Shown here one piece after another: positions 8,624 to 20,109 of a stretch of DNA of 64,000 nucleotides. The notes below the pieces were generated by a model. That model was given only the letters and a program-made list of their open reading frames with translations, was not told the DNA's origin and searched no databases. The stretch spans positions 188,877-252,876 of IMG/VR virus record IMGVR_UViG_3300033143_006101, one strand, 5' to 3'. Numbering within the stretch: position 1 is the stretch's first letter; each line of letters starts with the position of its first letter. The position numbers and the translations under genes were made by a program.

Positions 8624-11606
8624 AAGCACCGCCACCACATGCGTATTCTTTACCTCCCTCAGTATTATCTTCCATTTCGTACTCACCCAACAAACCAAAA
8701 TTTACTTCTGGGAATTCTTTCATCATTTTTCTATACGTATCAGCATCTATATCTTCATAAGGAGCCAATTGATATACATGATCATCAACAGGCATAAACG
8801 TTAAACCACATACATCTTCAAAATTACTATATACCCAAGCAGCTACATCCAACCATTCATCTTCTCTAACATCAATTGTTATTGATGGATTATGCTCACA
8901 CCAAAAATTACGTACCATCCTCCAATACTCTAATTGTTGTAACGCAGAATCACCCAACACTTTAGCCCCCCTCGGTGCTTTGATAGGAAATTCTAAAACA
9001 AATCTTGTAGTATCCCCTCCTACTTCTTGAATTAACTCCATTCCTGCATCTTGCATAAGAAAAGCAAGAGGATCATTACTAGCAATCCGCACTCTTCTAA
9101 TATAACATCCACTCTTTGTTTTTCTAGTATGAGCTCCAGGAGAACAATCAACTAAAGAAGATACAGTATTATGACTTACATAAGAATTAGCTATATAAGT
9201 ATTATTTTCAGGAACCTCAAGATCTACTGTGTGTGCTACAGAATCTTCTATACCCTCAACAATATCAGGAATAAACTCTGTCATTCCAATATTATCAAGA
9301 TCTTTATATAAATTTCCCAACCCGCTTTTATGCATAGCACCATTTCGTCCTTTTAGTATTGTAATTCTATATCTCATTGCTGATCCCCAAGAAGTCTCAG
9401 TTGGTAGCATTAGTCTACAAGAACATGTATGTCCAAGTGCTCGTAATACAATAGGCAACTGCCTCGCAAGTGTTTCAGAAATAGTACATAAAATTTTATA
9501 ACCCCTACTAGAAACACAACCATCTGCATCAAAAAGACCGTCAATAAACGCTTGGATTATATGTTTAGGAGATCTTCTTATAAGAAGAGGAATATCTATA
9601 TTATTAGTCTTATTCTTTATCAAATCATTTGCCTTTAAAAAAGCTAAAAGAAATGTTGAATTAGCATATACATCTGCATTTCTACCAGATGCCCTTTCAT
9701 AAATAAAACAATCAATATTAAATAATTGTGAGATATACTCCCCAACTTTCTTTAAAGGAACCATATCATCACAACAACCCGCTATTCGTATTCCTTTCTT
9801 ATGTGTACTACCATCTCCTGCATATAGACCTAAAACATATGCTAATTTTTCATCTAAAATATCTGGTTGCTCTATCTCTTTTACATTACAATAAGGAGGC
9901 TCTACTTTAATTAATTTCTGTAGACTACCCCCAGAGTACCCGCCTATCTTATAAGGTAAACAATCACCAATGGACATTTCTCGTAATTCTTTCCACTGGT
10001 ATTCCCCATTTTGTAACACTCTAAATTTATGATTAGGTGTTGCTTCTAAAACAATACCGGATTGCATATGAACACGTTTTGTTGGTACTTCCCCATTTAC
10101 ATGAAATTTAGTAGACTTTTCATAAGATGTTTCCTGTTCCACTTCAATATCATGATCTTGCCAATCTTCTCCATGAGTATCTCCTATTTCTGCTAACTCT
10201 AAAATACCTTCCGATGTAGAAATAAGAGAATCTGTGGACAAACAACCAGATGGTTTTACACATGTAATTGCTGCTGCTCTATTTATTCCTAATTTTTCAG
10301 CATACTTTTTATTTGTTTGAATAGCTACATGTTTTAAATCAGCCAACCACTTCTTTGCTGTATCATTCACATTACCTAATACTTTATGATCCCGTAATCC
10401 AGTAAAAGAAACCCCTAAAAGCCGTTCCTCTTCACAATTCATCTTCCATTCTTTATCAACGTATTTAAATTTCGTAAATGTAGATTGCCAGGTACCGATC
10501 ATAGTAGCTATAATCACTTTTCTCTTAAGTGTTTCAAAAGTGTCTTCCGGACGAATAACCACTTCCGATAAGTTACACGTCTCTTTACTAGTCAATAATA
10601 CTTCACCACATGGATTAACACCCACAACTTTTGAGCCATCTCTCCTATCATTTTCACTTGCTTTCTTTTGTGCTGCTACCCTACTAAAAATACCTCTTTC
10701 TCCACTTTTAGAACGATAGAGGTTCTTCCATTCATCAATAAATGAAACTATATCCGGTACCCTAGTATAAGCTACAGAGTTGTTAGCGAGTTCTCGTTGT
10801 TTATTAATTTTCCAAAAATCACCCATCTTAGCATTGGCCATTTGGTTATCAGTTAGATCCGAAAGGGATATACATGCAGACCTTCTAGTTCCCCCAGCTA
10901 CAACAGCCTCCGATACTTTACATGCTATATCATGAGCATCAACAGGTTGAATTTGAAATCCTCTATTTCTTTCAGCAATATCAGTCACAAAATCAACTAA
11001 TTCTATTAAAGGGCCGGGGCCTGAGGCTCTTCCCCCAAATGTTTTTAATCTCTCCCCAAATGGGCGTACTTTTGAATAATCACATTCAAAATCCTGACCT
11101 TCCCAAAGGCATTCCAATACTCTCTCAAATCCTTTAGCCCAACCTAAACGGCTATCTTCAAAAACAATTTTTTCTATAGCAGATCCATTCTTTTCTTTAA
11201 TGGCAGGTAATTGTTGTATAAATTTTCTTTCTACACTGAAGCCTAATCCACAACCGTTCATAAGAACATAGAGGATTTCAGAAAAGTCTTTCAATTTAGT
11301 TATAGTTGTAAAAGCACAATTATAAAAAGAGAGGTTCTCAACATCCGCAGCTTTCCCAGCTGACCACAATGCTCTCATAGAAGGCATTACTTCAAGATTA
11401 TATATTGCATTAAAAACATCCTTACGTTCTTTTTCCGTAACTTTATCGCCAAGCTTCTTCTTTATATAATCACAATATCGACTTACTGTTTCATCCCAGG
11501 ACTCTCTCCTTTTTTCTTTTTCTCTCCATCTAGAATACGAACGAACATATATAAATTCTTGAAACATCGTTTCGAATATATTTTCTTTTTCTTTCTTATC
11601 CGTCAT
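8613..11606 (-). CDS. nrdJ: Class II (B12-dependent, RTPR-type) ribonucleotide reductase, intein-containing
   Basis: RESWDETVSRY, MPSMRALW, NPCGE, CNLSE, TCVKPSG-[intein]-TVS, WCEHNPSIT, C-terminal ACGGGACDI. Confidence 0.93.
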   Translation of the reverse strand: MTDKKEKENIFETMFQEFIYVRSYSRWREKEKRRESWDETVSRYCDYIKKKLGDKVTEKERKDVFNAIYNLEVMPSMRALWSAGKAADVENLSFYNCAFTTITKLKDFSEILYVLMNGCGLGFSVERKFIQQLPAIKEKNGSAIEKIVFEDSRLGWAKGFERVLECLWEGQDFECDYSKVRPFGERLKTFGGRASGPGPLIELVDFVTDIAERNRGFQIQPVDAHDIACKVSEAVVAGGTRRSACISLSDLTDNQMANAKMGDFWKINKQRELANNSVAYTRVPDIVSFIDEWKNLYRSKSGERGIFSRVAAQKKASENDRRDGSKVVGVNPCGEVLLTSKETCNLSEVVIRPEDTFETLKRKVIIATMIGTWQSTFTKFKYVDKEWKMNCEEERLLGVSFTGLRDHKVLGNVNDTAKKWLADLKHVAIQTNKKYAEKLGINRAAAITCVKPSGCLSTDSLISTSEGILELAEIGDTHGEDWQDHDIEVEQETSYEKSTKFHVNGEVPTKRVHMQSGIVLEATPNHKFRVLQNGEYQWKELREMSIGDCLPYKIGGYSGGSLQKLIKVEPPYCNVKEIEQPDILDEKLAYVLGLYAGDGSTHKKGIRIAGCCDDMVPLKKVGEYISQLFNIDCFIYERASGRNADVYANSTFLLAFLKANDLIKNKTNNIDIPLLIRRSPKHIIQAFIDGLFDADGCVSSRGYKILCTISETLARQLPIVLRALGHTCSCRLMLPTETSWGSAMRYRITILKGRNGAMHKSGLGNLYKDLDNIGMTEFIPDIVEGIEDSVAHTVDLEVPENNTYIANSYVSHNTVSSLVDCSPGAHTRKTKSGCYIRRVRIASNDPLAFLMQDAGMELIQEVGGDTTRFVLEFPIKAPRGAKVLGDSALQQLEYWRMVRNFWCEHNPSITIDVREDEWLDVAAWVYSNFEDVCGLTFMPVDDHVYQLAPYEDIDADTYRKMMKEFPEVNFGLLGEYEMEDNTEGGKEYACGGGACDI
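9168..10244 (-). mobile_element. Intein (359 aa) with LAGLIDADG endonuclease in nrdJ
   Basis: KPSG|CLSTDS ... ATPNHKF ... LGLYAGDG, DGLFDADG ... YVSHN|TVS; removal restores KPSGTVS. Confidence 0.93.
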
Positions 11607-11891
11607 TATAATTTCTCCTTTAATCTAAATCTTCGAAATCTAATTCCAACTGTTTAATAATCTCTTGCAGTACATGAATTTTATCTTCCTTCTCAGCAAC
11701 ACCTATTCCAATATATTCTGTCAAATCTCTTATGTTATCAATACATAAACTAACACAGTGTATTGCATAAGATTTTTCATCTTTATTTTTTGTAGTATTG
11801 ACTTTATCTAAATAATCCATTATCTCATTACAATTTCTATAAATATCATTAAGCCTTTGCTCTGTAACGTACATAAATAATCCTCCTGTTA

Positions 11892-12230
11892 TTATCTTTC
11901 GTCTCCTGATCCTTGTAATTTTCCTCTCTTCATTCTTGAATGAAGCTTATCTAAATTAGTTCGAGCCACACTGCCCATTGATACACCTAATTCTTTACAA
12001 ACAGCTGAGAGATACCACATGATATCTGAAGCCTCCTTAATAAGTTCTACTCTTTTCTCGTCTGTCATAACCCCATCATCATCTCGTATCATCTTTTTTA
12101 TTTTTTCTGCAAACTCTCCTGATTCACCACATAAACCCAATGTTGGATAAACAATATTATTTCCTTTATTTGGATATATAGCAGTAGACCATGCTTGTTC
12201 TTGATATACATCAAATGTCATTTCATTCAT
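11892..12230 (-). CDS. MazG-like nucleotide pyrophosphohydrolase
   Basis: LGLCGESGEFAEKIKK, KEASDIMWY, NLDKLHSR..RGKLQGSGDER. Confidence 0.88.
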   Translation of the reverse strand: MNEMTFDVYQEQAWSTAIYPNKGNNIVYPTLGLCGESGEFAEKIKKMIRDDDGVMTDEKRVELIKEASDIMWYLSAVCKELGVSMGSVARTNLDKLHSRMKRGKLQGSGDER

Positions 12231-12290
12231 TATAATAGCCCCCTCTATTTATATATATATATATGCTAAATACCAAAAATTTTACAAAAA

Positions 12291-13184
12291 TTATTCAGTA
12301 TTTTCACCCTCTCCTTCATCATCTGGTGCCTCATCTAAAGGTCGTACTATCCTACCTGATCGTAAAACATCATCTTCAATACTATTAATTTTAGATGCTA
12401 ACAAAGATCTCATTTCATGAATCATAGGCTTATATTCCTCTTGTTGCTCAAGTTCATTTAAAGATAGTTGGATAGCACCCAACATCTTAGTAAGAACACT
12501 ATATTTATATGACATAACTGCATTATTCATTTCTTCCTTACCTCCAGGAAATATTTTTTTAACCATAAGCTCTTGTACTTTTACAGCATCATTCTCTAAA
12601 TCATTTAATAGCTTATTAAGTTGGATAAATTCCCCAGTTTCGAAATTCCCTAAGTTATCAATTTCTTGATTATCTGTTAATGTATCTATACGACTAGATA
12701 TGGCATTTATTCTTTTAGCTTTTGATTTAAGCACCGCTTCCATAGCACAAAAAAAATCTAGATCACCTTCTAACATTCTATCTACGAATTCATTAGCTTC
12801 AGTAGGACTATTTTCTCTCAATTCTATAATGTTTCTATTATTTCTAGATATATAGAAATGATTAGTGAAATGAATTCTTAAAGCATCTGGTGTAACATTG
12901 AATCTATAGATCATATCCTCATATGGCATATGATCCCGGGCACGAGCCAAATTAATATCCATATAATCTGGACGAGTACATATAGAGCATAATCTACTAC
13001 GCTTATGTATTTTACCGTATTGACTAATATCTTCTATGACTTCGGGTTCTATAACAAGAGTAGATTCTTGCTCTATAGGAGCAATTTCAGTTGAAGGTTG
13101 CCTAGTTAAGACTTGTTCTGGTTCTGATTTGGAGGGGTCGTCTTTTTCTTCCTCATTAAAAATCATAGGATCATCATCACTCAT
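12291..13184 (-). CDS. Hypothetical Zn-finger/HTH protein (terminase small subunit-like candidate)
   Basis: CSIC...RIHFTNH followed by a helical C-terminus. Confidence 0.35.
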   Translation of the reverse strand: MSDDDPMIFNEEEKDDPSKSEPEQVLTRQPSTEIAPIEQESTLVIEPEVIEDISQYGKIHKRSRLCSICTRPDYMDINLARARDHMPYEDMIYRFNVTPDALRIHFTNHFYISRNNRNIIELRENSPTEANEFVDRMLEGDLDFFCAMEAVLKSKAKRINAISSRIDTLTDNQEIDNLGNFETGEFIQLNKLLNDLENDAVKVQELMVKKIFPGGKEEMNNAVMSYKYSVLTKMLGAIQLSLNELEQQEEYKPMIHEMRSLLASKINSIEDDVLRSGRIVRPLDEAPDDEGEGENTE

Positions 13185-13580
13185 ATTATTTCCTCACACT
13201 AACAATTTTAACTTTATCACCTTTATATCCTTTATGGATATCGCATTCATCTGTATTTGGGCATAATACTATATGCCCTTTTTCAACTACCATATGTACT
13301 TCAATAGTAGAACTTTGCTTTGGATCCAATTCTGACACATGTTTACATTTTGTTAATATATCCTGGACTTTTAATTTTTCGATGTTCATTAGTTCTAAAA
13401 AATTAGCCAAAGAGATATACATTTCATCTTTTTTCTCATGCATTAATTGGAACTCTACATCATCTAATTCTTCTTGCTTCTGATTAATTTCATTTGAAAG
13501 TTTTGCCAATTTTTTCATCTTCTTTAAAAATTTTTTACCTTCGCCTTTTTTCTTAAAGACGTTGGAAAGAAATACCTTCA

Positions 13581-15062
13581 TTAGATACCAACCTTAATTA
13601 AACTTACATAACGTATTCTATTATCTGCAAAATCAATCAGAGAAAACATATTATTAAAATACATATTAAAACATCTAACTAAAACTAGCCTGGATGCTAT
13701 AGCTTGAAGCATAGCAGATTCAATACCTTCTGTTCTGCTTTCTAATTCAGATGCTATACGAGTTACATGAAAAGCAAAATAATAACGTAAATAATTCAAT
13801 ACTGTAGTAATAGAATTTGGTTGTAATGAATTATTTAAATGAGACACTATTTCTCTTCTACTTACTTCATTTAAAGCTTCCCCCGATGTAGCCTGTCTAA
13901 TTGGTATCTTTTCCATTTTAACAGAATCCATATTAGTTTTAGAAACGTGTTGCTTTATTTCATTTTCAACAGTTAATAATTCTATTTGAGCGTTTTCTTT
14001 TTTCTTATTCAATTCATTTAACCTATCTTCCAATACATTTATATCATCTACATTGTATGCATTGGCTTTTCGTAACTGATCAGTAATCCCATTCAATACA
14101 ATATTAGTTGAATCCATTAAATCTTTAATTCCTTTTGTACTTCTCATCAAATTATCTTGTTGTTTTTTAAACACTTCTTTTTTATCTAATAAATACTTTA
14201 TTTCTTTTTTAAATTCAGGGGTTGCTTGTATCTCAGGGACTGAACTATATAACCCATCTAATTCAACCTGAATTTTTGATATAATATCTAATACACTATT
14301 GAAATTTGTTGTTTCTTCTTCAAGTTTAAGTTTTAAACCATTATACTCTGCCACATATATTTTTTTATCATGATCTAATCCAGATATAACTCTTAATACA
14401 CCTGATATCTTTTTTTGATCTGTAGAAACAGCTTCTATTTCAGAGACAAGGACAGCTATAGTATTTAATAATTCCTTTCTTCTTTTTTTAAGAACTTCTA
14501 CTAAAGATTGGCTATCCGCTATCGATGATTTTGATATAGTTCCAATATCAATTTCTTTTTTAGTTTCCCGCTCGGCAAACCTATCTTTTAAAGGACCATA
14601 AATAGACTCTATCTTTGTTCTAAATTGTTCTGAAAAAGAAAATAAATTCTCAAACTCATTAAAGATATCATATACTGGTTTTGTCACAAGAAAATACTTA
14701 AATATATCCAAATTTTTAATAAACATTAATTGTTCTGGAATAGTTGTTTGATTATTATTTGAATAGATTTTATACTCTATACCTTCAAATTCTACAATAA
14801 GCTCCACCACACAACCATCCGGAAAAGAGAAAAACTGATAAAAAGTATTATGAATGATCTCTATAATATATAATGGGACCGGTTTATTTTCCGAAAATTC
14901 AACCTCTTCCGTTTGTGTTCCAACAGTATACTTTAAATGGATCCATTTAAGATTCGAAATCATATTTAATACTTCATCAAACTGAATAAATACCGTTTTA
15001 TAAATACTATCTTCTAATTGAGTGTGAGCTAAAAAATCTTCATATATTTTTTGTAATCTCAT
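13581..15062 (-). CDS. Long coiled-coil protein
   Basis: 493 aa with heptad-rich central region. Confidence 0.5.
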   Translation of the reverse strand: MRLQKIYEDFLAHTQLEDSIYKTVFIQFDEVLNMISNLKWIHLKYTVGTQTEEVEFSENKPVPLYIIEIIHNTFYQFFSFPDGCVVELIVEFEGIEYKIYSNNNQTTIPEQLMFIKNLDIFKYFLVTKPVYDIFNEFENLFSFSEQFRTKIESIYGPLKDRFAERETKKEIDIGTISKSSIADSQSLVEVLKKRRKELLNTIAVLVSEIEAVSTDQKKISGVLRVISGLDHDKKIYVAEYNGLKLKLEEETTNFNSVLDIISKIQVELDGLYSSVPEIQATPEFKKEIKYLLDKKEVFKKQQDNLMRSTKGIKDLMDSTNIVLNGITDQLRKANAYNVDDINVLEDRLNELNKKKENAQIELLTVENEIKQHVSKTNMDSVKMEKIPIRQATSGEALNEVSRREIVSHLNNSLQPNSITTVLNYLRYYFAFHVTRIASELESRTEGIESAMLQAIASRLVLVRCFNMYFNNMFSLIDFADNRIRYVSLIKVGI

Positions 15063-15567
15063 CTACAATCTCCTTTTAATCTAATATTCCGAGTTCTCTT
15101 AAATTAAAACTCTTTTTACAATAAGGGCATTCCACTTCTTCCTGGATTTTCTCATCTACATCTCTTATCAATTGATGCCCTTTCATACAAAAAGGACAAT
15201 AAATAGCTTTAATTTTCTTAACTTTCATACTCCCCCCTATCCATTCTTTCCAAATCCCTAACATGTGCAATATGTCTTCTATGCATTAAACCATCTAAAT
15301 ACTTTTTACTTTCTTTTTTGTTCATTACTAACATAGCGAATACATCTATGTTTAATGAATGATGAAATTCGTTTTTTCTAATCCATGACTTATACCACCA
15401 CAATAAAATATGTTTATTCCATATTCTATATTTAGTATTTCTAATTTTTTGAAGTAAAATCCAATCTAAATACCATCTTATATTGTTACATTTCTTTTTT
15501 ATATAATCCCAAACATAATAATATAAATAGAAGTTTATATGACTAATTATTGTCATTGTATTATCCC

Positions 15568-17661
15568 TTAATTAACATAACTAATATTATCTTCTGTTTT
15601 TCTAACAGTTATTATCTGAGGAAAATCTTGGATATGATCCACATGCGAAATCACTAAGATTTGATCAAACCAATTCAATATCAAAGTAAGTACTTTTTGT
15701 ACCAAATATTTATTATGATTATCAAGAAATCCAAAGGGCTCATCTAAAGTAATAAGACCTAAATTAATTTTAGATCGGTACCTTATCACCTTTGAGAACC
15801 CAAGACGTAGACCTATATTTGCAACAACCTTTTCCCCACCAGAAAGCCGTTTATAACTTCTTTCCCTACCCGCGATTATAAAAGAGATAATAAGTCGTTT
15901 AGATTTACTAGTATCTTCAAAAATATTAACCGATATATCCGGTAATATCTGCTGAATTATTTCATTTGCAGCATCTTGGATTAGAATAACAGATTGCTGA
16001 AAGATATTACGTGGTATTTCTTGAAAAGCATTTATCAATATACCATGAAGATATATTGATTCTTCTGTTTCTTCTATATCATTATCAATATTTTCAATTT
16101 CTACTTCTAATTTATCCTTGTTCTTTTCTAATTGAGAAAGCTCACCGAGCTTCCTGTTTTTAACCTCTATAGATTCCTCCAGGAACTCCACATCTGCTTT
16201 CATTTTATCTAAGATAACTTTATCCGGAACAAAGTTATCTATAACTTTTTCTATTTCACGTATTTGCTTCTTTATACCAGAAACACTAAGCTCTGTTTCT
16301 CTATTCTTTTCCGTAGCCTGGTTCATTTGAAGTTCAAGCTTTTCAATATTCTGTTCTTTAAGTAATTTCTCCTTTTCCAATTCATTTTTATTTTTAATTA
16401 TATTAGCTAACATAGTCTCGGTAGCTGTAATACTTTCTTTAAATTCTTTTATAGTTTTTTCCAAATTTAATTTTCTAGTTTGAAAATCAGTTACATTTTT
16501 AGAAGTATCCGTAGCTAATCCAGTAAGCTCTATGATTTGTGCATTAAATTCTTTCTGCTTTTCTTGAAGATACTGCGGATCCACATCTTGAAAACAAGAA
16601 GGGCATACTCCCTCTTTCATTTTACTTTTAGATTCTGTTAATAATCGTATTCTAGTCGAGTACTCTGCTAATACTACATTATATTTATTTAGCTGTTGAT
16701 TAATATCCCCTAACTTATTTTCTACAATATCCTGTTCCGTTTTTAAACTACTTATCTGCGTATCATCAAAATCACCCCTCTCACCTACCGCTTTTAATTT
16801 ATTTGTAATTTCAATTATATCAAGTTGATCGGTATTGATACTGTTTGTAAAAGATACTTTAATATCATCAAATTCTTTTAACCCTTTTTCCGCATCAAAC
16901 CTTTGCTGTCGCAATTCATTTAATTTAATAGTAAATTGTAAAGAATTATCATATTTAATTATCTCATCTTGTAGCTCTTTTTTCTTCTTCTTTAAATCAT
17001 CAAGCTCTGCAGCTATTGTTTTCTTTTCCGCTACTTTTATTTTAAGATCATCCATTTCCTCAATTTTTATTTTAGAGGTTTCAACTAATGTTTTCCTTGC
17101 ACTAATTAATAACTTATTGGCTTTATTAGCAGTCTTGTATGCAATTCTCCAAATCTCAAGATCTAATACCTTATCAACATAATTACGTCTTTCTTCTGGT
17201 GTAGCATTAATAAAGTTATCTATGTTTCCCTGTTCGAAAAAATTCGATGCAGTGCACATCTTATAATCCATACCCAAAACACGTATAATTTCCTCCTGGG
17301 TATGTTCTATTCTTTCTTTTGTTAAGGGAACATCATTTTCATAAAAATCTAGGTAGGATGAAGATTTAACACGACCGCGTTCTACTCTATATTGTTGACT
17401 GTTTAAAGTAAACTCGAGACGCACAAACATTTCTTTATCTGTAAGCGAATCATTAACAATCTCATCTAACTTGCTAAATTCTCCCTCACCAAACAGAGCA
17501 TAGATTATCGCCATTACTAATGTGGACTTACCAGATCCATTGGATCTATTTTCATTATTATCATAGACCCCGATAATCCCAGTGATACCATCCTGAAATT
17601 CAACTACATTATGCTCCTTATACGAACCAAAACCCTTTAATTCTAAACGGTTAATTTTCAT
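15568..17661 (-). CDS. sbcC: SbcC/Rad50-like (gp46-like) ATPase
   Basis: NGSGKSTL, zinc hook CPSC, LSGGE signature, LDEPF Walker B, ISH. Confidence 0.9.
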   Translation of the reverse strand: MKINRLELKGFGSYKEHNVVEFQDGITGIIGVYDNNENRSNGSGKSTLVMAIIYALFGEGEFSKLDEIVNDSLTDKEMFVRLEFTLNSQQYRVERGRVKSSSYLDFYENDVPLTKERIEHTQEEIIRVLGMDYKMCTASNFFEQGNIDNFINATPEERRNYVDKVLDLEIWRIAYKTANKANKLLISARKTLVETSKIKIEEMDDLKIKVAEKKTIAAELDDLKKKKKELQDEIIKYDNSLQFTIKLNELRQQRFDAEKGLKEFDDIKVSFTNSINTDQLDIIEITNKLKAVGERGDFDDTQISSLKTEQDIVENKLGDINQQLNKYNVVLAEYSTRIRLLTESKSKMKEGVCPSCFQDVDPQYLQEKQKEFNAQIIELTGLATDTSKNVTDFQTRKLNLEKTIKEFKESITATETMLANIIKNKNELEKEKLLKEQNIEKLELQMNQATEKNRETELSVSGIKKQIREIEKVIDNFVPDKVILDKMKADVEFLEESIEVKNRKLGELSQLEKNKDKLEVEIENIDNDIEETEESIYLHGILINAFQEIPRNIFQQSVILIQDAANEIIQQILPDISVNIFEDTSKSKRLIISFIIAGRERSYKRLSGGEKVVANIGLRLGFSKVIRYRSKINLGLITLDEPFGFLDNHNKYLVQKVLTLILNWFDQILVISHVDHIQDFPQIITVRKTEDNISYVN

Positions 17662-17960
17662 CTTATTTCATCTCCAAAGTCTATAATTTATATGTCTTCA
17701 TCCTTATTGCTTTCTATATCAATATTCATAGCATAATTCTTATATAAGTTACTTGAAATATCTAAAGCACTTCTAACAGATAAAGCAGCATCTAAAATAC
17801 GTAATGCAATCCCCTCTAATTCAATCTCTTCTGTGAGATACATCCTAATATTTTTTAAATCGTTAATAATCTCTACTAATTTGTATTCTATCATCATATA
17901 CAAATCAGGAGTTTCACCTCTATCCATAAAGCCCTCCTAAACTTGAGTTATAGGATTCAT

Positions 17961-18392
17961 CTATTTAATTACTCCAATTGTTTGATTGTATTTTATTCCA
18001 AATTCCAGAGCTCCTTCATGTGTACTCATTAAAATATCAATATGATTTCCTTTTATAGCACCTCCTGTATCTAAAGCCTTATACCATTTATTGTCGTAGT
18101 AAATAGTAGACCAAAGTGGAATAATTTTAGGGTCTACAGCCACAATACTATAAATATTGCTCATTTCTGCCATTTTATACCCAGTAGCAATATAGCCTAC
18201 CCATTTACCATTACATTTTCTGCAGGGGCAATATGCAGTTATAGTAAAACCCTTGATCTCCTTAACATTTGTTATGGAAACAGATGTTGACTTAAGCGGA
18301 TTATACTCCAAACACCAAATAAATACTAATAATATCAAAATTCCCAAAATAAGATATACCATCCCTATTTTTTGACTAGATTCACACTTCAT
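17961..18392 (-). CDS. 3D-domain (MltA-like) cell-wall protein with N-terminal TM helix
   Basis: TITAYCPC, VAVDPKIIPL, ALDTGGAIKGNHIDI. Confidence 0.85.
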   Translation of the reverse strand: MKCESSQKIGMVYLILGILILLVFIWCLEYNPLKSTSVSITNVKEIKGFTITAYCPCRKCNGKWVGYIATGYKMAEMSNIYSIVAVDPKIIPLWSTIYYDNKWYKALDTGGAIKGNHIDILMSTHEGALEFGIKYNQTIGVIK

Positions 18393-19515
18393 CTTGCACT
18401 CCTCCCGCTTTTTCTAAAAATTCATTACCCAAAATCGAGATCTTACTTAATAAATTCCACCTATCTTCCTTTTTCAACTTATCTACTAAATATGTGTTTA
18501 GTACTTTGAAAGGATCAATAGAATCTACCTGAATTTCTATAGAAGATTTATTATTTTTGGCTTTTTTATACCTTACATTCTCTAATTTACAACCTTTAGT
18601 GTCTAAAAGCTCCCCTAACGCTGTTTCATCCACTTTTTTATCACTGATAGTGGTAACAAAAACCACTCGATTGGTTGGCATCCTAAAACCCTTAAAATAT
18701 CCTAAAATATCCTCATTTTCGGGTATTTCATAAGAAACAAATTCCCTTAAACCCATTATTTTCTCAAAAATATGGCCACCATCCGGTTCTATTAACACAT
18801 ATCCCTTATCTTGGTTAGCATCCGCGAGATCATGATAAAAAAGTGACCCGGGGTATATCACTCTCATATTATTTTTCTTATTATAACATTGGTATCGATG
18901 AGCATGCCCAAGCAAAAGAATTACCTTCTTCTGTTTAAAATAATCAAAGTCAATTGTCTCCGTAAACCTAGAAATCATAGTAGATTCACTACCTACTTTC
19001 ACATCGGAATCATATACATGAGCTACAATAATAGATTTATTTTTACAATTCTCTACAACACGCAATAAAGCTTCATAGGTTGGGGCATTCCTATCTTTAG
19101 AAGTTTCAAAAGGTAAATATGGTATAAACCACACATCCCATTCACCCCATGTTGTTCCATGATTAGTATCAACATCGAGTAACCATATATTTTCTAATTC
19201 TAATTCATGTACAAAAATCATAGAATTAGAATGCATGCTTACATCATGATTACCCGTAATTAAATAAAAAGGTTTTCCTAATGCGTCCATTCGATGAATC
19301 CATTGTGTAAGAAATGCTATATTTTTAGTAGTTGGATGTGGGGTATGAAACATATCACCACCAAACACAACCATATCTACATCATCTTGTTTTGCTCTTT
19401 CATATATAGCATTCAAAGCATTCCTAGCCTCCTGTTCAGCTGTAACTAAACCACCAGGCTCCTTAATTGAATGCGTTTTTATGCCTAAATGGGTATCACT
19501 AAAAAATAATATCAT
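18382..19515 (-). CDS. sbcD: SbcD/Mre11-like (gp47-like) nuclease
   Basis: SDTHLG, GGDMFH, GNHD, LGHAH, YPGS; lies near sbcC. Confidence 0.9.
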   Translation of the reverse strand: MILFFSDTHLGIKTHSIKEPGGLVTAEQEARNALNAIYERAKQDDVDMVVFGGDMFHTPHPTTKNIAFLTQWIHRMDALGKPFYLITGNHDVSMHSNSMIFVHELELENIWLLDVDTNHGTTWGEWDVWFIPYLPFETSKDRNAPTYEALLRVVENCKNKSIIVAHVYDSDVKVGSESTMISRFTETIDFDYFKQKKVILLLGHAHRYQCYNKKNNMRVIYPGSLFYHDLADANQDKGYVLIEPDGGHIFEKIMGLREFVSYEIPENEDILGYFKGFRMPTNRVVFVTTISDKKVDETALGELLDTKGCKLENVRYKKAKNNKSSIEIQVDSIDPFKVLNTYLVDKLKKEDRWNLLSKISILGNEFLEKAGGVQDEV

Positions 19516-19575
19516 TTCTCACCCTCCTTAAAATTTTCGTCTATTACAACATAAAATAAGTGTTCTTTAATAATA

Positions 19576-20109
19576 TTAACATTCAGGCACATCCACTTTA
19601 TCCCATTCAAACCATGTCCGACAACTCTCATTTTTACATTCAGTATCCCAAGGAGTAATATCTTCCTTGCATTCTGGACAAGTATAATCCCAATTATAAA
19701 AATCATCATCATATTCTGTTCTGGTTTTTACTTTAGGAATAGGAATCCCTTTACCACGTATATTTTCTTGTTGTTTTACCTGAGCTTTACTTTTCCCTGA
19801 ATTAACTAAAACCTTATCAAAATAACCAGGTCTAACAGTGGTTCCTCCTGTTTTACCTTTTTTTATTCTATCTGTTATATCATTAATTATTCGCTTAATT
19901 TTATTTTCCCCATATACAGAAGTAACAGATTTCATGTGTTTAATACGTCTTTTAGTTAAACTAAGATTACCACCATCTTTAGCACCACCAAAATATAAAT
20001 AGTCACGATAAAAATTATGTAAAAGTAACCCATAATCTTCCCCATAAAGATTTGTACATTGTTGTTTAAACGATGTTCTTTTTATTTGATAATGATCTGC
20101 TAAAGACAC
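19576..20109 (-). CDS. Hypothetical protein with C-terminal zinc ribbon
   Basis: CPEC...CKNESC; overlaps the parB stop codon. Confidence 0.45.
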   Translation of the reverse strand: MSLADHYQIKRTSFKQQCTNLYGEDYGLLLHNFYRDYLYFGGAKDGGNLSLTKRRIKHMKSVTSVYGENKIKRIINDITDRIKKGKTGGTTVRPGYFDKVLVNSGKSKAQVKQQENIRGKGIPIPKVKTRTEYDDDFYNWDYTCPECKEDITPWDTECKNESCRTWFEWDKVDVPEC